Shown: positions 10,144 to 19,318, counted from the first letter of the stretch. The stretch is DNA of 64,000 nt from an uncultured Myxococcales bacterium (GCA_964530995.1 CAZHCG010000003.1:915-64914), one strand, 5' to 3'. The notes: generated by a model not told the origin, from the letters alone. A program made the numbers and translations.

Positions 10144-10895
10144 GGACGTCCTGGCACGACATCTGGGGCAGCGCGCGCGGTCCGGTCAAGAGACTCGTCC
10201 CGCAGGCGCGGCTCATCTGCGGCGTGTCGGTCTTCGCGAACTGCATGGTCGCTCCTGCGACACGCTGGGAAGGCGCGGTCGCGATCACGCTCGTGGTCGT
10301 CGCCTGGACCGCTTTGGTTGGGCCGCCCGTTCCGGTTCTCCGATCGACCCTGCTCCTCGGGCTCGCCCTGTTTCTTCCCTACTTCCTCCTCGTCCCGCTG
10401 ATCCGCGACCCGTCGGCCGGCAGGGGCTGGATGGAAGCTCTCACCGTGTCCTGGAACGTGTTCTTTCGCGGTGTGACCGCCATGCTAACGTCGGTCTGCA
10501 CGGCGAGCGCGCTGTCGGCAAGCGCGTTGCGACAAGGGATGAGCCGTCTCCCGGTCCCCGGTGTCCTTGCGGCGGTGCTGATCCAGATCGTGCACCAGGC
10601 TACGAGCCTGGTCTACGAAACTCGCCAGATCGCCTCGGCCATCGCCGTGCGCAGCGGAACGACCGGCTACCGAACCGGTCTACGGGTGCTGGCTTCGCTG
10701 CCCCGGGTCTGGTTGCCGCGAGTGGTGGAGCGGACCGAGCGGGTCGGCGCCGCCATGGAGCTGCGCGGCTACTGCGAACGGGATCCGGGTGATCTGGGAT
10801 CTCTCCCCATCGCCTGGAGGGATCGCTCGGCGATCGGCCTGGCCCTGGCGACCGTGGCCGGGGCCGCGGCGCTCCGCGTCTGGAGAGGGTTCTGA
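10140..10895 (+). CDS. Energy-coupling factor transporter transmembrane (T) component, CbiQ/EcfT family.
   Basis: 251 aa with about 5 TM helices. Arg-containing coupling-helix-like segments (ETRQIASAIAVRSG, MELRGY). Positioned immediately before an EcfA-type ATPase with a 1-nt overlap. Confidence 0.6.
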   Translation: MRTSWHDIWGSARGPVKRLVPQARLICGVSVFANCMVAPATRWEGAVAITLVVVAWTALVGPPVPVLRSTLLLGLALFLPYFLLVPLIRDPSAGRGWMEALTVSWNVFFRGVTAMLTSVCTASALSASALRQGMSRLPVPGVLAAVLIQIVHQATSLVYETRQIASAIAVRSGTTGYRTGLRVLASLPRVWLPRVVERTERVGAAMELRGYCERDPGDLGSLPIAWRDRSAIGLALATVAGAAALRVWRGF

Positions 10896-11587
10896 TGCCG
10901 GAGGCGTTGCGTTGCGCGAAGATCACGGTACGGTACGAGCCGGATGCGGCTCCGACGCTCTCCGACGTCTCCTTCTCCGTGGAGGAGGGCGAGCGCGTGG
11001 CGCTGGTCGGGCTCAACGGAACGGGCAAGACCACGCTCCTCATGTCGCTCGTCGGTCTCGTACCCCATGCAGGAGAAATCGAAATCTGCGGGAAAACGCT
11101 CGACCGCCGGAACGTCGGCGAGATCCGTCGCAAGATCGGGTTCCTGTTCAACGTGCCCGAGGACCAGCTCCTCTTTCCCACGGCGATCGAGGACGTCGCC
11201 TTCGGCCTTCTCCAGGCGGGGAGGAGCCGGGGAGAGTCGTTCGAGCTGGCGGAAGATGCCCTGGAGAGATTCGGTATCGGCACACTCGGGAATACGCCAC
11301 TGCATCACCTGTCCCACGGTCAGAAGCAACGGGTCGCGCTGGCCGGCGCGCTGGTTACCGAGCCCCCGTTGCTCCTGTTGGACGAGCCGACCGCCGGCCT
11401 CGATCCTCCCGGCAAGCTCGAGCTGGCGGAGTTGCTCTGCGCGCAGACCTCTGCCCAGCTGATCGCCACCCACGACCTGGACTTCGCCGATCGGGTCTGC
11501 TCGCGCATCGCTCTGATCGAGGGAGGGACTGTCGCCGAGTCGTCCGTGGGCACAACGGAAATTCGATCCCGTTGGAAGTTGGTGTGA
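10895..11587 (+). CDS. ABC/ECF transporter ATP-binding protein (EcfA/CbiO-like).
   Basis: Walker A GLNGTGKTT; Q-loop; ABC signature LSHGQKQRVALAGAL; Walker B LLLLDEP; H-loop ATHD. Confidence 0.85.
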   Translation: MPEALRCAKITVRYEPDAAPTLSDVSFSVEEGERVALVGLNGTGKTTLLMSLVGLVPHAGEIEICGKTLDRRNVGEIRRKIGFLFNVPEDQLLFPTAIEDVAFGLLQAGRSRGESFELAEDALERFGIGTLGNTPLHHLSHGQKQRVALAGALVTEPPLLLLDEPTAGLDPPGKLELAELLCAQTSAQLIATHDLDFADRVCSRIALIEGGTVAESSVGTTEIRSRWKLV

Positions 11588-11654
11588 GCACCTTTCGAAG
11601 CGCTTGCCCCATATCCGCGATCCTGGAGATTCGGAAAGTTGACGAGAAACCGGG

Positions 11655-12776
11655 CTAGGAGATTTGCAGATCTTCTCCCGGGGCCAGCCAGCTCGCGATG
11701 AAAGCGTCGAGGTCGCCGGCGGCGATCGCTTCTCTGGCGCCGCGCATCATCTCTCCGTAGTGGTGCAGGTTGTGCACGCTCATCAAGCGCGCGGCGAGCA
11801 TCTCTCCGGCCAGGTAGAGGTGGCGCAGGTAGCGGCGATCGAAGCGCCTGCAGCAGGGACACTCGCAGGCGGGGTCGAGGGGCAGCGGATCCTCGGCCCA
11901 GCGGGCCTGCTTGATGTTGATCCTCCCGCCGCGGACGAACACCTGGCCGTTGCGCGCGTTGCGGGTCGGCATCACGCAGTCGAACATGTCGATCCCCGAG
12001 CGCACCGCCGCCAGGATGTCCTCGGGCCCGCCGACGCCCATCAGGTAGCGCGGGCGCTCGGCGGGCATACGGTGCGCGACCGCCTCGAGCACGCGGTACA
12101 TCTCCTCGGTCGGCTCGCCGACCGACAGCCCTCCCAGCGCCAGACCCTCGAACGGCAGGGCGGACAGCTCTTCGATCTGAGCCAGCCGCAGGTCCTCGTG
12201 CGTACCCCCCTGCGCGATCCCGAACAGCGCCTGCCCGGCGGGACGCTCGACCTCCAGCGCGCGCCGCGCCCAGGCCGCGGTGCGATCCGCGGCGCGCGCC
12301 AGCCGCTCGCGGTCCGCCTCTCCCGGCGGGCACTCGTCGAGCGCCATCGCGATGTCGGATCCCAGGGCGCCCTGGATCTCGATCGCCCGCCTTGGAGTCA
12401 GCTCGATCCGCGTCCCGTCTATGTGCGAGGAAAAGACCACGCCGTTGTCGTCGATCCGGACCCGCTCGCCGAGGCTGAAGACCTGGAAGCCGCCCGAGTC
12501 GGTCAGCGTCGGCCCTTCCCATCCCATGAAGCGCGCCAGCCCGCCGGCGCGGCGGATCAGCTCCGGGCCGGGGCGCAGCAACAGGTGGTAGGTGTTGCCC
12601 AGCACGATCGAGGCGCCGCTGGCCCGCACCTCGTCGGGGTCGAGCGCCTTGACCGCGGCTCGGGTTCCGACCGGCATGAACACCGGGGTCGGCGATCGGC
12701 CTTGCGGCGTGCGCAGCGTGCCGCGCCGGGCCCGGCCGTCTACCGCCTCGACCGAGAACGAGAAGCCGTCGCTCAT
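11655..12776 (-). CDS. tgt: tRNA-guanine transglycosylase (queuine tRNA-ribosyltransferase).
   Basis: TPVFMPVGT; LGNTYHL; TDSGGFQVFSL; zinc site CECPCC...H; MPTRNARNG. The start was chosen at MSDGFSF (374 aa). The 434-aa ORF extension upstream is Arg/Ala-rich and atypical. Confidence 0.9.
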   Translation of the reverse strand: MSDGFSFSVEAVDGRARRGTLRTPQGRSPTPVFMPVGTRAAVKALDPDEVRASGASIVLGNTYHLLLRPGPELIRRAGGLARFMGWEGPTLTDSGGFQVFSLGERVRIDDNGVVFSSHIDGTRIELTPRRAIEIQGALGSDIAMALDECPPGEADRERLARAADRTAAWARRALEVERPAGQALFGIAQGGTHEDLRLAQIEELSALPFEGLALGGLSVGEPTEEMYRVLEAVAHRMPAERPRYLMGVGGPEDILAAVRSGIDMFDCVMPTRNARNGQVFVRGGRINIKQARWAEDPLPLDPACECPCCRRFDRRYLRHLYLAGEMLAARLMSVHNLHHYGEMMRGAREAIAAGDLDAFIASWLAPGEDLQIS

Positions 12777-13828
12777 CTCCCGCTTCCTTTCCGCGGCAGC
12801 ACCAGCATCGCGTCTCCGTAGCTGTAGAAGCGAAACCGCTCTCGCACCGCGCGGTGGTAGGCCTCCAGCAGGCGCTCGCGTCCGGCCAGCGCGGCCACCA
12901 GGCACAGCAGGGTCGAGCGCGGCAGGTGGAAGTTGGTCAGCAGACCGTCGACCACGCAAAAATCGAACGGCGGCGCGATGAACAGCTCGGTGAAGCCGCG
13001 ACCCGCCTCGAGCCGGCCGTTCTCCAGCGCCAGTCCTTCCAGCGCGCGGACCACGGTCGTGCCGACCGCGATCACCGCACGGCCCTCGTCCCGCGCGCGC
13101 CGGATCGCGGCCGCCTCCCTCGCGCCGACGCTGTAGGCCTCGGCGTCCATGCGGTGGTCCTCGATCTCGTCGGTCGCGATCGGCCGGAAGGTCCCGGGTC
13201 CCACGTGCAGGGTGACGAACACGACCTCGTGCCCGCCGCGGGAGATCTCCTCCAGCAGCTCGGAGCTGAGGTGCAGGCCGGCCGTGGGCGCGGCCACCGA
13301 GCCGTCCTCGCGGGCGAAGACCGTCTGGTAGCGCTGCCGGTCGTCCCGCTCCGGCGCGCGCCGGATGTAGGGGGGGAGCGGAACCTCGCCGCGCCGCTCG
13401 ACGCGCCGGCGGAAGACCGCGGCTCCTTCTCCGATCTCCAGCGTCAGGTAGCCGTCCTCCGAGCGCCCGACGACCTCGCTCTCTGCACCGGCGAGGTCGA
13501 TCCTGTCTCCGGAACGCAGGGAACGATTCGCACGCGCCATAGCTCGCCAGCGACAGCTGTTCGCGCCCGCCTCCAGCTCCCGCACCAGCAGCACCTCTAC
13601 CGCGCCGCCGCTGGGACGCCGCGCGCGCAGGCGGGCGGGGATCACGCGGCTGTCGTTGGCCACCAGCAACGCCCCGTCGGGCAGCAGCGCCGGCAGATCG
13701 GAGATTCGCGCCAGCAGCTCGCCCCCTTGCGGCGGAAGCACCATCAACCGTCCGCCGTCGCGCCGCGCCGAAGGACGCTGGGCGATCAGCTCGCCGGGGA
13801 GATCGTAGTCGAAAAGAGGGGTTCTCAC
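12773..13828 (-). CDS. queA: S-adenosylmethionine:tRNA ribosyltransferase-isomerase.
   Basis: FDYDLPGELIAQRP at the N-terminus; GEVPLPPYIRR; the TFxxxHLPRSTL-type segment FHLPRSTLLCLV. A GTG start is proposed at 13828. The stop overlaps the tgt start by 4 nt. Confidence 0.88.
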   Translation of the reverse strand: MRTPLFDYDLPGELIAQRPSARRDGGRLMVLPPQGGELLARISDLPALLPDGALLVANDSRVIPARLRARRPSGGAVEVLLVRELEAGANSCRWRAMARANRSLRSGDRIDLAGAESEVVGRSEDGYLTLEIGEGAAVFRRRVERRGEVPLPPYIRRAPERDDRQRYQTVFAREDGSVAAPTAGLHLSSELLEEISRGGHEVVFVTLHVGPGTFRPIATDEIEDHRMDAEAYSVGAREAAAIRRARDEGRAVIAVGTTVVRALEGLALENGRLEAGRGFTELFIAPPFDFCVVDGLLTNFHLPRSTLLCLVAALAGRERLLEAYHRAVRERFRFYSYGDAMLVLPRKGSGR

Positions 13829-15900
13829 TTGACGGTGATCTGGTAGGGAGCCATCAGCGTCGACTCGGCCGGTCGATCCATCAGCTGGACACGCCTGATC
13901 GCCTTCAGGACGAAGCAGACGGGACCGGGGCCCTCCGGAATCGCGGCGGTCAGCCCCTGGCCGGTTCCCTGCTCCTCGACGACTCGCTCCTCGTTCCAGG
14001 GGCCCAGCAGAAAGCCGAGCCGGATCTGCACATCCGGGATCGGAGTGACCGTCACCGAGCTCGCCCGGGCGCTGGCCGGCAGGCAGTACCAGTCGGTGTC
14101 GGAGAAGACCTCGATTATGCCGTTCTTGGTCGCGCCGACCCGGATCGGACTGGCCTGGGCACGAGTGTCGTTGGGCTCTGTTTCGAAGAACTCGGGTGCA
14201 TAGGTCTGGTACGAAACCGCGTAAGCCGCCCCGGCGAAGCTGCTGGGCGGCACGCCGGGACGGCGCATCTCCTGCACCAGCAGGTAGACCTCCGGAATCT
14301 CGACTCGCAGCGGCGGGATCGACTCGCCGCCCCCCTGGCCGTTTCCGTCGACCCGCGCCAGCGGATCCTCCTGCGACGGATCGACCAGCTGCAGGCCGAG
14401 GTCGAGACCGGGCACGCCGCTCACGTCGACCTGCAGCCCCCACGCTCCCTGCGCGGGATCCGGCGAGCTCAGCCTGTACCAGTCGACGTCTTGACGGCCG
14501 TCGGGCTTGGAGATCGTACCGGTCAGCCGGATTCCCGCCGCGAGCGGATCCGCCGTCGCCGGGGAGTCGTTGGGCTCGGTCTCGGCGTTCGCCAGGCTGT
14601 CGTCGGCGCCGTGGACGAACAGCGCCCAGTAGGCGCAGGCGGCGATCGCGGCCGCGGCCAGCAGCGAGAGGGACACGGCGGTGACGACGCGCTTGCGTCT
14701 CAGGCGTTTTTCGAAGTGGATCACGTCCTCGCGGGTTCCCAGCGTCACCTCGCGGGCGCCGACGGTGACCGTCGAGGGTCGAGTGCTCCGCCGCGACTGC
14801 GCTTCGGCTTCGACCGCGACCGATGGCGCCGGGAACTGCGTGACCGGAGTCGCCTCGTCGGCGGCCTCCACCCTTTCCGCCGCCTCGCCAGCGCTCGGGA
14901 TTCCGTCTCCCACCGAGAGCCGCTGGTGCCGGGATTCCGGGTCGAGGCGCACGGACAGCTCCGCCATCTCCCGGCGCATCTCCTCGGCGGAGGCGTAGCG
15001 CTCCTCGGGCGTCTTGGCCATCGCACGCAGCACGATCCGGTCGGCCTCGGACGGGATCTTTCGCTGGGGAAAGCACTGGGAGGGAGGGTCGATCTTCTCG
15101 GTGAGGTGCTTGGTCAGCACGCCCATCGGCGTGTCGGCGGAGAACGGCGTCTCGCCGGTCAGCAGCTTGTACATCACAGCTCCCAGCGAGTAGACGTCCG
15201 AGCGCGCGTCGACCCCATCGCCGCGGATGTGCTCGGGCGCCATGTAGTACGGCGTGCCGACCAGGTTCCCCTCCTTGGTGATCTTGGTCGCCTCCCGCAC
15301 GTCGCGCAGCTTGGCCAGCCCGAAGTCGAGCACCTTGACGAAGTCCGGGTAGTCGTACTGCTGGGAGACCAGGATGTTCTCGGGCTTGATGTCGCGGTGG
15401 ACTATCCCCTTGTCGTGGGCCTCGATCAGAGCCGAGCAGGTCTGGACCAGCACGTGGGCGACCCGCGCCGCAGGCATCGGGCCCTCTAAGCGCAGCACCT
15501 CGGCCAGGTCCCGGCCCTCGATGTACTCCATCACCAGGTACATCATTCCCTGGTGGGAGCCGAAGTCGAAGACCGAGACGGTGTTGAGGTGGGTCAGGCG
15601 GCTGACGGCCTCGGCCTCGAGGCGAAACCTCTTGGCGACCTCCTGGTCCTGGCCGAGCTCCCCGTGGAGGAGCTTCATCGCCATGACCTTGCCCATCTTG
15701 ACGTGCTCGACGCGGTAGACCGCCCCCATCCCTCCCCTGCCGATCAGGTCGACCAAGCGGTAGCGATCATCGATAACGACGCCGATCAACGGGTCCGCCG
15801 CGCGCGCGGGGGCGCCCTCGGTCGCCAGCCGCGTCCCGCAGGTTCCGCAGAACGCTACCGGCTCGTCGTAGGTCGCGTGGCAGTTGGGACATTCCACCAA
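13825..15900 (-). CDS. Membrane Ser/Thr protein kinase: N-terminal zinc ribbon, Hanks-type kinase domain, one TM helix, and two extracellular PPC-like (ETEPND...DWY) repeats.
   Basis: CPNCHATY..CGTCG ribbon. Kinase motifs GRGGMGAVY, AMK, HRDIKPEN, DFG and APE. TM segment VVTAVSLSLLAAAAIAACAYWALFV. Two repeats beginning TEPND and ending DWY. Its 5' end overlaps the queA GTG start by 4 nt. Confidence 0.85.
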   Translation of the reverse strand: MVECPNCHATYDEPVAFCGTCGTRLATEGAPARAADPLIGVVIDDRYRLVDLIGRGGMGAVYRVEHVKMGKVMAMKLLHGELGQDQEVAKRFRLEAEAVSRLTHLNTVSVFDFGSHQGMMYLVMEYIEGRDLAEVLRLEGPMPAARVAHVLVQTCSALIEAHDKGIVHRDIKPENILVSQQYDYPDFVKVLDFGLAKLRDVREATKITKEGNLVGTPYYMAPEHIRGDGVDARSDVYSLGAVMYKLLTGETPFSADTPMGVLTKHLTEKIDPPSQCFPQRKIPSEADRIVLRAMAKTPEERYASAEEMRREMAELSVRLDPESRHQRLSVGDGIPSAGEAAERVEAADEATPVTQFPAPSVAVEAEAQSRRSTRPSTVTVGAREVTLGTREDVIHFEKRLRRKRVVTAVSLSLLAAAAIAACAYWALFVHGADDSLANAETEPNDSPATADPLAAGIRLTGTISKPDGRQDVDWYRLSSPDPAQGAWGLQVDVSGVPGLDLGLQLVDPSQEDPLARVDGNGQGGGESIPPLRVEIPEVYLLVQEMRRPGVPPSSFAGAAYAVSYQTYAPEFFETEPNDTRAQASPIRVGATKNGIIEVFSDTDWYCLPASARASSVTVTPIPDVQIRLGFLLGPWNEERVVEEQGTGQGLTAAIPEGPGPVCFVLKAIRRVQLMDRPAESTLMAPYQITVK

Positions 15901-15937
15901 GAGATCACCTATCGACCGTCGTCGTTCGCGATCGAGC

Positions 15938-17911
15938 TCAACGCCTGCGCCGTTTTTTCTTCTCGTCGTCCTCGCTGAGCAGCACGTAGGCGGCGTCGAC
16001 GGCCGGCATGGTCTCCTTTTCGCCCCCGCGGAGCTCCACGCCCCGCTTGCCCTTGACCGTACCGTAGACGTCGACCTGCGATTGCAGTCCGGCCCGGGTC
16101 TCGCCGCGGAACGTGACGTACACGGCGCAGCGCGCCCCGGCGGGACAGCCCTCGCCGATGTAGAGCAGCATCGCGGTCACGCCTTTTTCCGTGCTCATGT
16201 TGACCACTCTGCCGCTTAGCACGACCTTCTTGCCGGTGTGCAGGTCGGGATCGCGGGCGATGGTCGGATAATCCAGCTTGCGATTCGCGTCCTCGGCCCA
16301 TTCCTCGACGGCACCGTCGAGGCTCTCAACCCGCGTGACCTCGATTCGACGCTCGCGGGGCGCCTTCTCCGGGGCGCGCGCCTCGACCTCGATCACGTGC
16401 TCGCCGAACTCGTCGAGCGGCACGCTGGTGCTGAAGCGGGTCGCGGTCACGGCCGCGGGCTCGCCGTTGACCGTGACCCGGGCGCCCTCCTCGGTCGCGC
16501 CGGCACAGGTCACCTCTTCCATCTCGACCACGGCGCCGTCGGTCGGCCGGTCGATCTGGAGCCTGGCCAGCGGAATCGCCACCACGTGCTGTCCCTGCTC
16601 GGTGGTCCCGTCCGGACCGGTAAGCTGGAACGGGATCCTCTCGATCAAATTGTCTCCCTCGGAGTTCTCTGCTCCCTCGAGCCTGGACAGCGGAACGCGC
16701 AGCTCGAAGGCGCCGTTTACCAGCTTGGCCTTCTGCCCACCCACGGCCAGCTCGTTGCCCGGGGCGACCTGGAAGGCGACCTCGAAGTACGGCTCGGCCG
16801 TGGTCAGCCCGGACAGGTCGGTCGCGACGGTATGACGCAGCACGACCGGGAAGCTCAGCTTCTCCGGCGCGCCGCCGGGCTCGACGTAGCTCACCTGGAC
16901 GTTGTTCTCTCCCAGCGACAGCTCGCTCATCGGCAGGTCGAACCTGGCCTGTCCGGAGACGACCGGGACCTGCTCGCCCCGGACCTGGACCGCGGCGCCG
17001 TCGGGGGCGTCGGGGATCGGCAGCACCACGGTCAGGCTCTCCCCGTCGGCGCTGGGAAAGACCTGGGGCCTGCCGCCGCCCGAGTCGGCGAACACCAGCA
17101 GGTAGATCAGCGCCGCCAGCCCGGCGACGACGACGATCCCTCCCACGATCAACGCCACCAGCACGCCGGAGCCCTTGCCAGCGGGCGCGGGCTCGTCTTC
17201 GTCCCAGTCGTCCATTCCCGCCGGCTGGGGAGCGCTGCGCTGCGCGGGCTCGAGCGGCTCGGTCGCGGATCTCCTCCTGGCCTCCTGCCGGGAGAGATCC
17301 TCATCGGAAGGAGCTTGGATGTCGTCCAGGGTCGGCGTCTCGTTGGGATCGGGCGAAGCCGGTGCTGGCCCTCCGGAGGGTTTCGGCGACCCCGGTGCGG
17401 GTTCTGCGGAAGATTGTGACGCCACCTGCTTTGCGGCTTGCCGCCCGGAGTCTCCCCCGCCCGCCTGCTTCGGATCCTCCCCGGTCACTGCGGGCATGCC
17501 CAACACGGTCCGCTTGTCGCGAGCAGAGCCGCCGCCGGCCGGCGCTTGCTGCGAGGGCTGCTGTCCGCTCGGCTTCGCGACCGGAGCCGGCTCGGCGACC
17601 GGAGCCGGCTCGGACGGCTGCTGCTGCGCGCCCGCGGCCGGCACGCCGAGCATCGTCTTGGCCGGGGCCTTCTTCGGCTGCTGAGCCGGCTGGGCGGGCT
17701 GGGCGGGCTGAGCGGGCCTGGCGGTGGGAGGCGCTTGCTGCTGCGCGCCCGCGGCCGGCACGCCGAGCATCGTCTTGGCCGGGGCCTTCTTCTTCTCGGG
17801 CTCGCGGCGCGCCGGCTGACCCTGATCACCGGAGAGAGGGCTGCCGCACGCCGAGCAGAACTGCTCACCGTCCTTGTTCTGCGTCCCGCACATCTTGCAA
17901 GTCAACGGCAC
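15938..17911 (-). CDS. Zinc-ribbon membrane/surface protein, hypothetical (657 aa).
   Basis: N-terminal double CxxC ribbon (CKMCGT..CSACGS). A duplicated KKKAPAKTMLGVPAAGAQQQ motif. A Pro/Ala/Gln-rich linker. One TM helix. A roughly 380-aa beta-rich ectodomain. Ends 37 nt upstream of the kinase gene. Confidence 0.6.
   Translation of the reverse strand: MPLTCKMCGTQNKDGEQFCSACGSPLSGDQGQPARREPEKKKAPAKTMLGVPAAGAQQQAPPTARPAQPAQPAQPAQQPKKAPAKTMLGVPAAGAQQQPSEPAPVAEPAPVAKPSGQQPSQQAPAGGGSARDKRTVLGMPAVTGEDPKQAGGGDSGRQAAKQVASQSSAEPAPGSPKPSGGPAPASPDPNETPTLDDIQAPSDEDLSRQEARRRSATEPLEPAQRSAPQPAGMDDWDEDEPAPAGKGSGVLVALIVGGIVVVAGLAALIYLLVFADSGGGRPQVFPSADGESLTVVLPIPDAPDGAAVQVRGEQVPVVSGQARFDLPMSELSLGENNVQVSYVEPGGAPEKLSFPVVLRHTVATDLSGLTTAEPYFEVAFQVAPGNELAVGGQKAKLVNGAFELRVPLSRLEGAENSEGDNLIERIPFQLTGPDGTTEQGQHVVAIPLARLQIDRPTDGAVVEMEEVTCAGATEEGARVTVNGEPAAVTATRFSTSVPLDEFGEHVIEVEARAPEKAPRERRIEVTRVESLDGAVEEWAEDANRKLDYPTIARDPDLHTGKKVVLSGRVVNMSTEKGVTAMLLYIGEGCPAGARCAVYVTFRGETRAGLQSQVDVYGTVKGKRGVELRGGEKETMPAVDAAYVLLSEDDEKKKRRRR
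17621..17792. repeat. Two identical 55-bp direct repeats (17621-17675 and 17738-17792), separated by a GGGCTGGGC x3 micro-tandem, inside the zinc-ribbon protein gene.
   Basis: The sequence ctgctgcgcgcccgcggccggcacgccgagcatcgtcttggccggggccttcttc occurs twice. It encodes the duplicated ...KKAPAKTMLGVPAAGAQQQ peptide. The intervening ctgggcgggctgggcgggctg encodes PAQPAQPAQ. Confidence 0.8.
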
Positions 17912-18242
17912 TTCGGGTGACCTCCCTGGGTGAACGCGCCGCCCGGAAGACCCGCGACAAAAAGGCGCGCCCCGGAGCGGTCCGCATGTTCCAAGTCACC
18001 GAATACCTTATCCCAATCGACGACGAAACCCAAACAGTAGACATGGAGTCGCTCACCGCGACGGAGTCGGCGCCCTCGAGAACGCCTTGCGCCTTTGCGG
18101 CCCGGGTGGAACGCCGTGCCGGCGGGGTCGTCTTCCAGCATCCGAACTCTGCTTTTCGGAATGCTCACAACACCGCGAGACACGGTCGTCCCGGTTGCGC
18201 TATGCTGGGCCGGATCGCGCCGGGCGGCGGCGGAGGAGAGAG

Positions 18243-18833
18243 ATGAGGATCATCGCCGGAACGGCCAGGGGACGCAGGCTGCTCGTTCCCCGCGGCCGCG
18301 AGGTGCGCCCCAGCTCGGATCGCGTCCGCGAGGCGCTGTTCTCCAGCCTCGGAGATGCGGTGCGCGGCGCCCGCGCGCTGGATCTGTTCGCCGGCACCGG
18401 CGCGCTCGCCCTCGAGGCATTGAGCCGGGGCGCGTCCGGGGCGGTGCTGGTCGAGAGCTCGCGGCGGGTGCTGGAAGTCCTGCGGCGCAACGTGGAGCTG
18501 GCCGGCTTCTCCGACTCGGCCAGGATCGTCCCCGGCGCGGCCGAGGCGGCGCTCCGGAGGCTGTCTTCCGCCGGCGAGCGCTTCGAGCTGGTCTTCCTCG
18601 ATCCGCCCTACGACGATCGCGCCGCGCTGGTCGTGGCACTCGCCGCGCTGACCGACGGCGCCCTGCTGGCCAACGGAGCGCTGGTCGCGGTCGAGAGCCG
18701 CAGCGGCGGCCGGCTCGAGTCGCCGCGGGGCTTGCGAACCACCTGGAACAGAAGCTATGGTGACACCGAGCTGACCGTATTGCGCGCCGAGAAAGAGCCC
18801 AGCTTTTCGGCCCAGGAGGAACCGAGACCGTGA
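18243..18833 (+). CDS. rsmD: 16S rRNA (guanine966-N2)-methyltransferase RsmD.
   Basis: MRIIAGTARGRRL; LDLFAGTGALALEALSRGA; the (D/N)PPY motif FLDPPYD. 196 aa. The stop overlaps the coaD start. Confidence 0.8.
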   Translation: MRIIAGTARGRRLLVPRGREVRPSSDRVREALFSSLGDAVRGARALDLFAGTGALALEALSRGASGAVLVESSRRVLEVLRRNVELAGFSDSARIVPGAAEAALRRLSSAGERFELVFLDPPYDDRAALVVALAALTDGALLANGALVAVESRSGGRLESPRGLRTTWNRSYGDTELTVLRAEKEPSFSAQEEPRP

Positions 18834-19318
18834 AGGAACGACTCGCCGTCTACCCCGGATCCTTCGACCCGCTGACCAACGGACACCTCGACATCATCGA
18901 CCGCGGGCTGACCGTTTTCGATCGCCTCGTGGTCGCGATCGCACGCAACAGCCGCAAGCGGACGATGTTCTCCGTGGAGGAGCGCCTCGGCATGATCCGC
19001 CACGCGCTGGAGGACGAGCCGCGGATCGAGGTGGACTCCTTCGAGGGACTGACCGTGGACTACGCCGTGAGGCGCGGCGCCAGCGCGATTCTGCGCGGGC
19101 TGCGCGCCGTCGCCGACTTCGAGTACGAGCTGCAGATGGCCAACATGAACCGCAAGCTCAGCCCCCATCTCGAGACGTTGTTCATGATGAGCTCGGAGAA
19201 AAACTTCTTCGTCAGCTCGCAGAACGTCAAGGAGGTCGCCAGGCTCGGCGGCAGCATCGAGGACCTGGTTCACCCGGTCATCGTCGAGGAGCTCCGCCGG
19301 AAGCTGGCAGGTGAATAG
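18830..19318 (+). CDS. coaD: Phosphopantetheine adenylyltransferase.
   Basis: YPGSFDPLTNGHLDII (the HxGH nucleotidyltransferase motif). 162 aa. The conserved rsmD-coaD pairing is present. Confidence 0.9.
   Translation: MKERLAVYPGSFDPLTNGHLDIIDRGLTVFDRLVVAIARNSRKRTMFSVEERLGMIRHALEDEPRIEVDSFEGLTVDYAVRRGASAILRGLRAVADFEYELQMANMNRKLSPHLETLFMMSSEKNFFVSSQNVKEVARLGGSIEDLVHPVIVEELRRKLAGE

Noticed and set aside
11588-11654. Short palindromic segment (AAGCGCTT and GGAGATttgcagATCTTCTCC) between the ABC ATPase and tgt, considered as a bidirectional terminator.
   Set aside because: The stems are short and imperfect, they partly overlap the tgt 3' end, and no U-tract follows on either strand.
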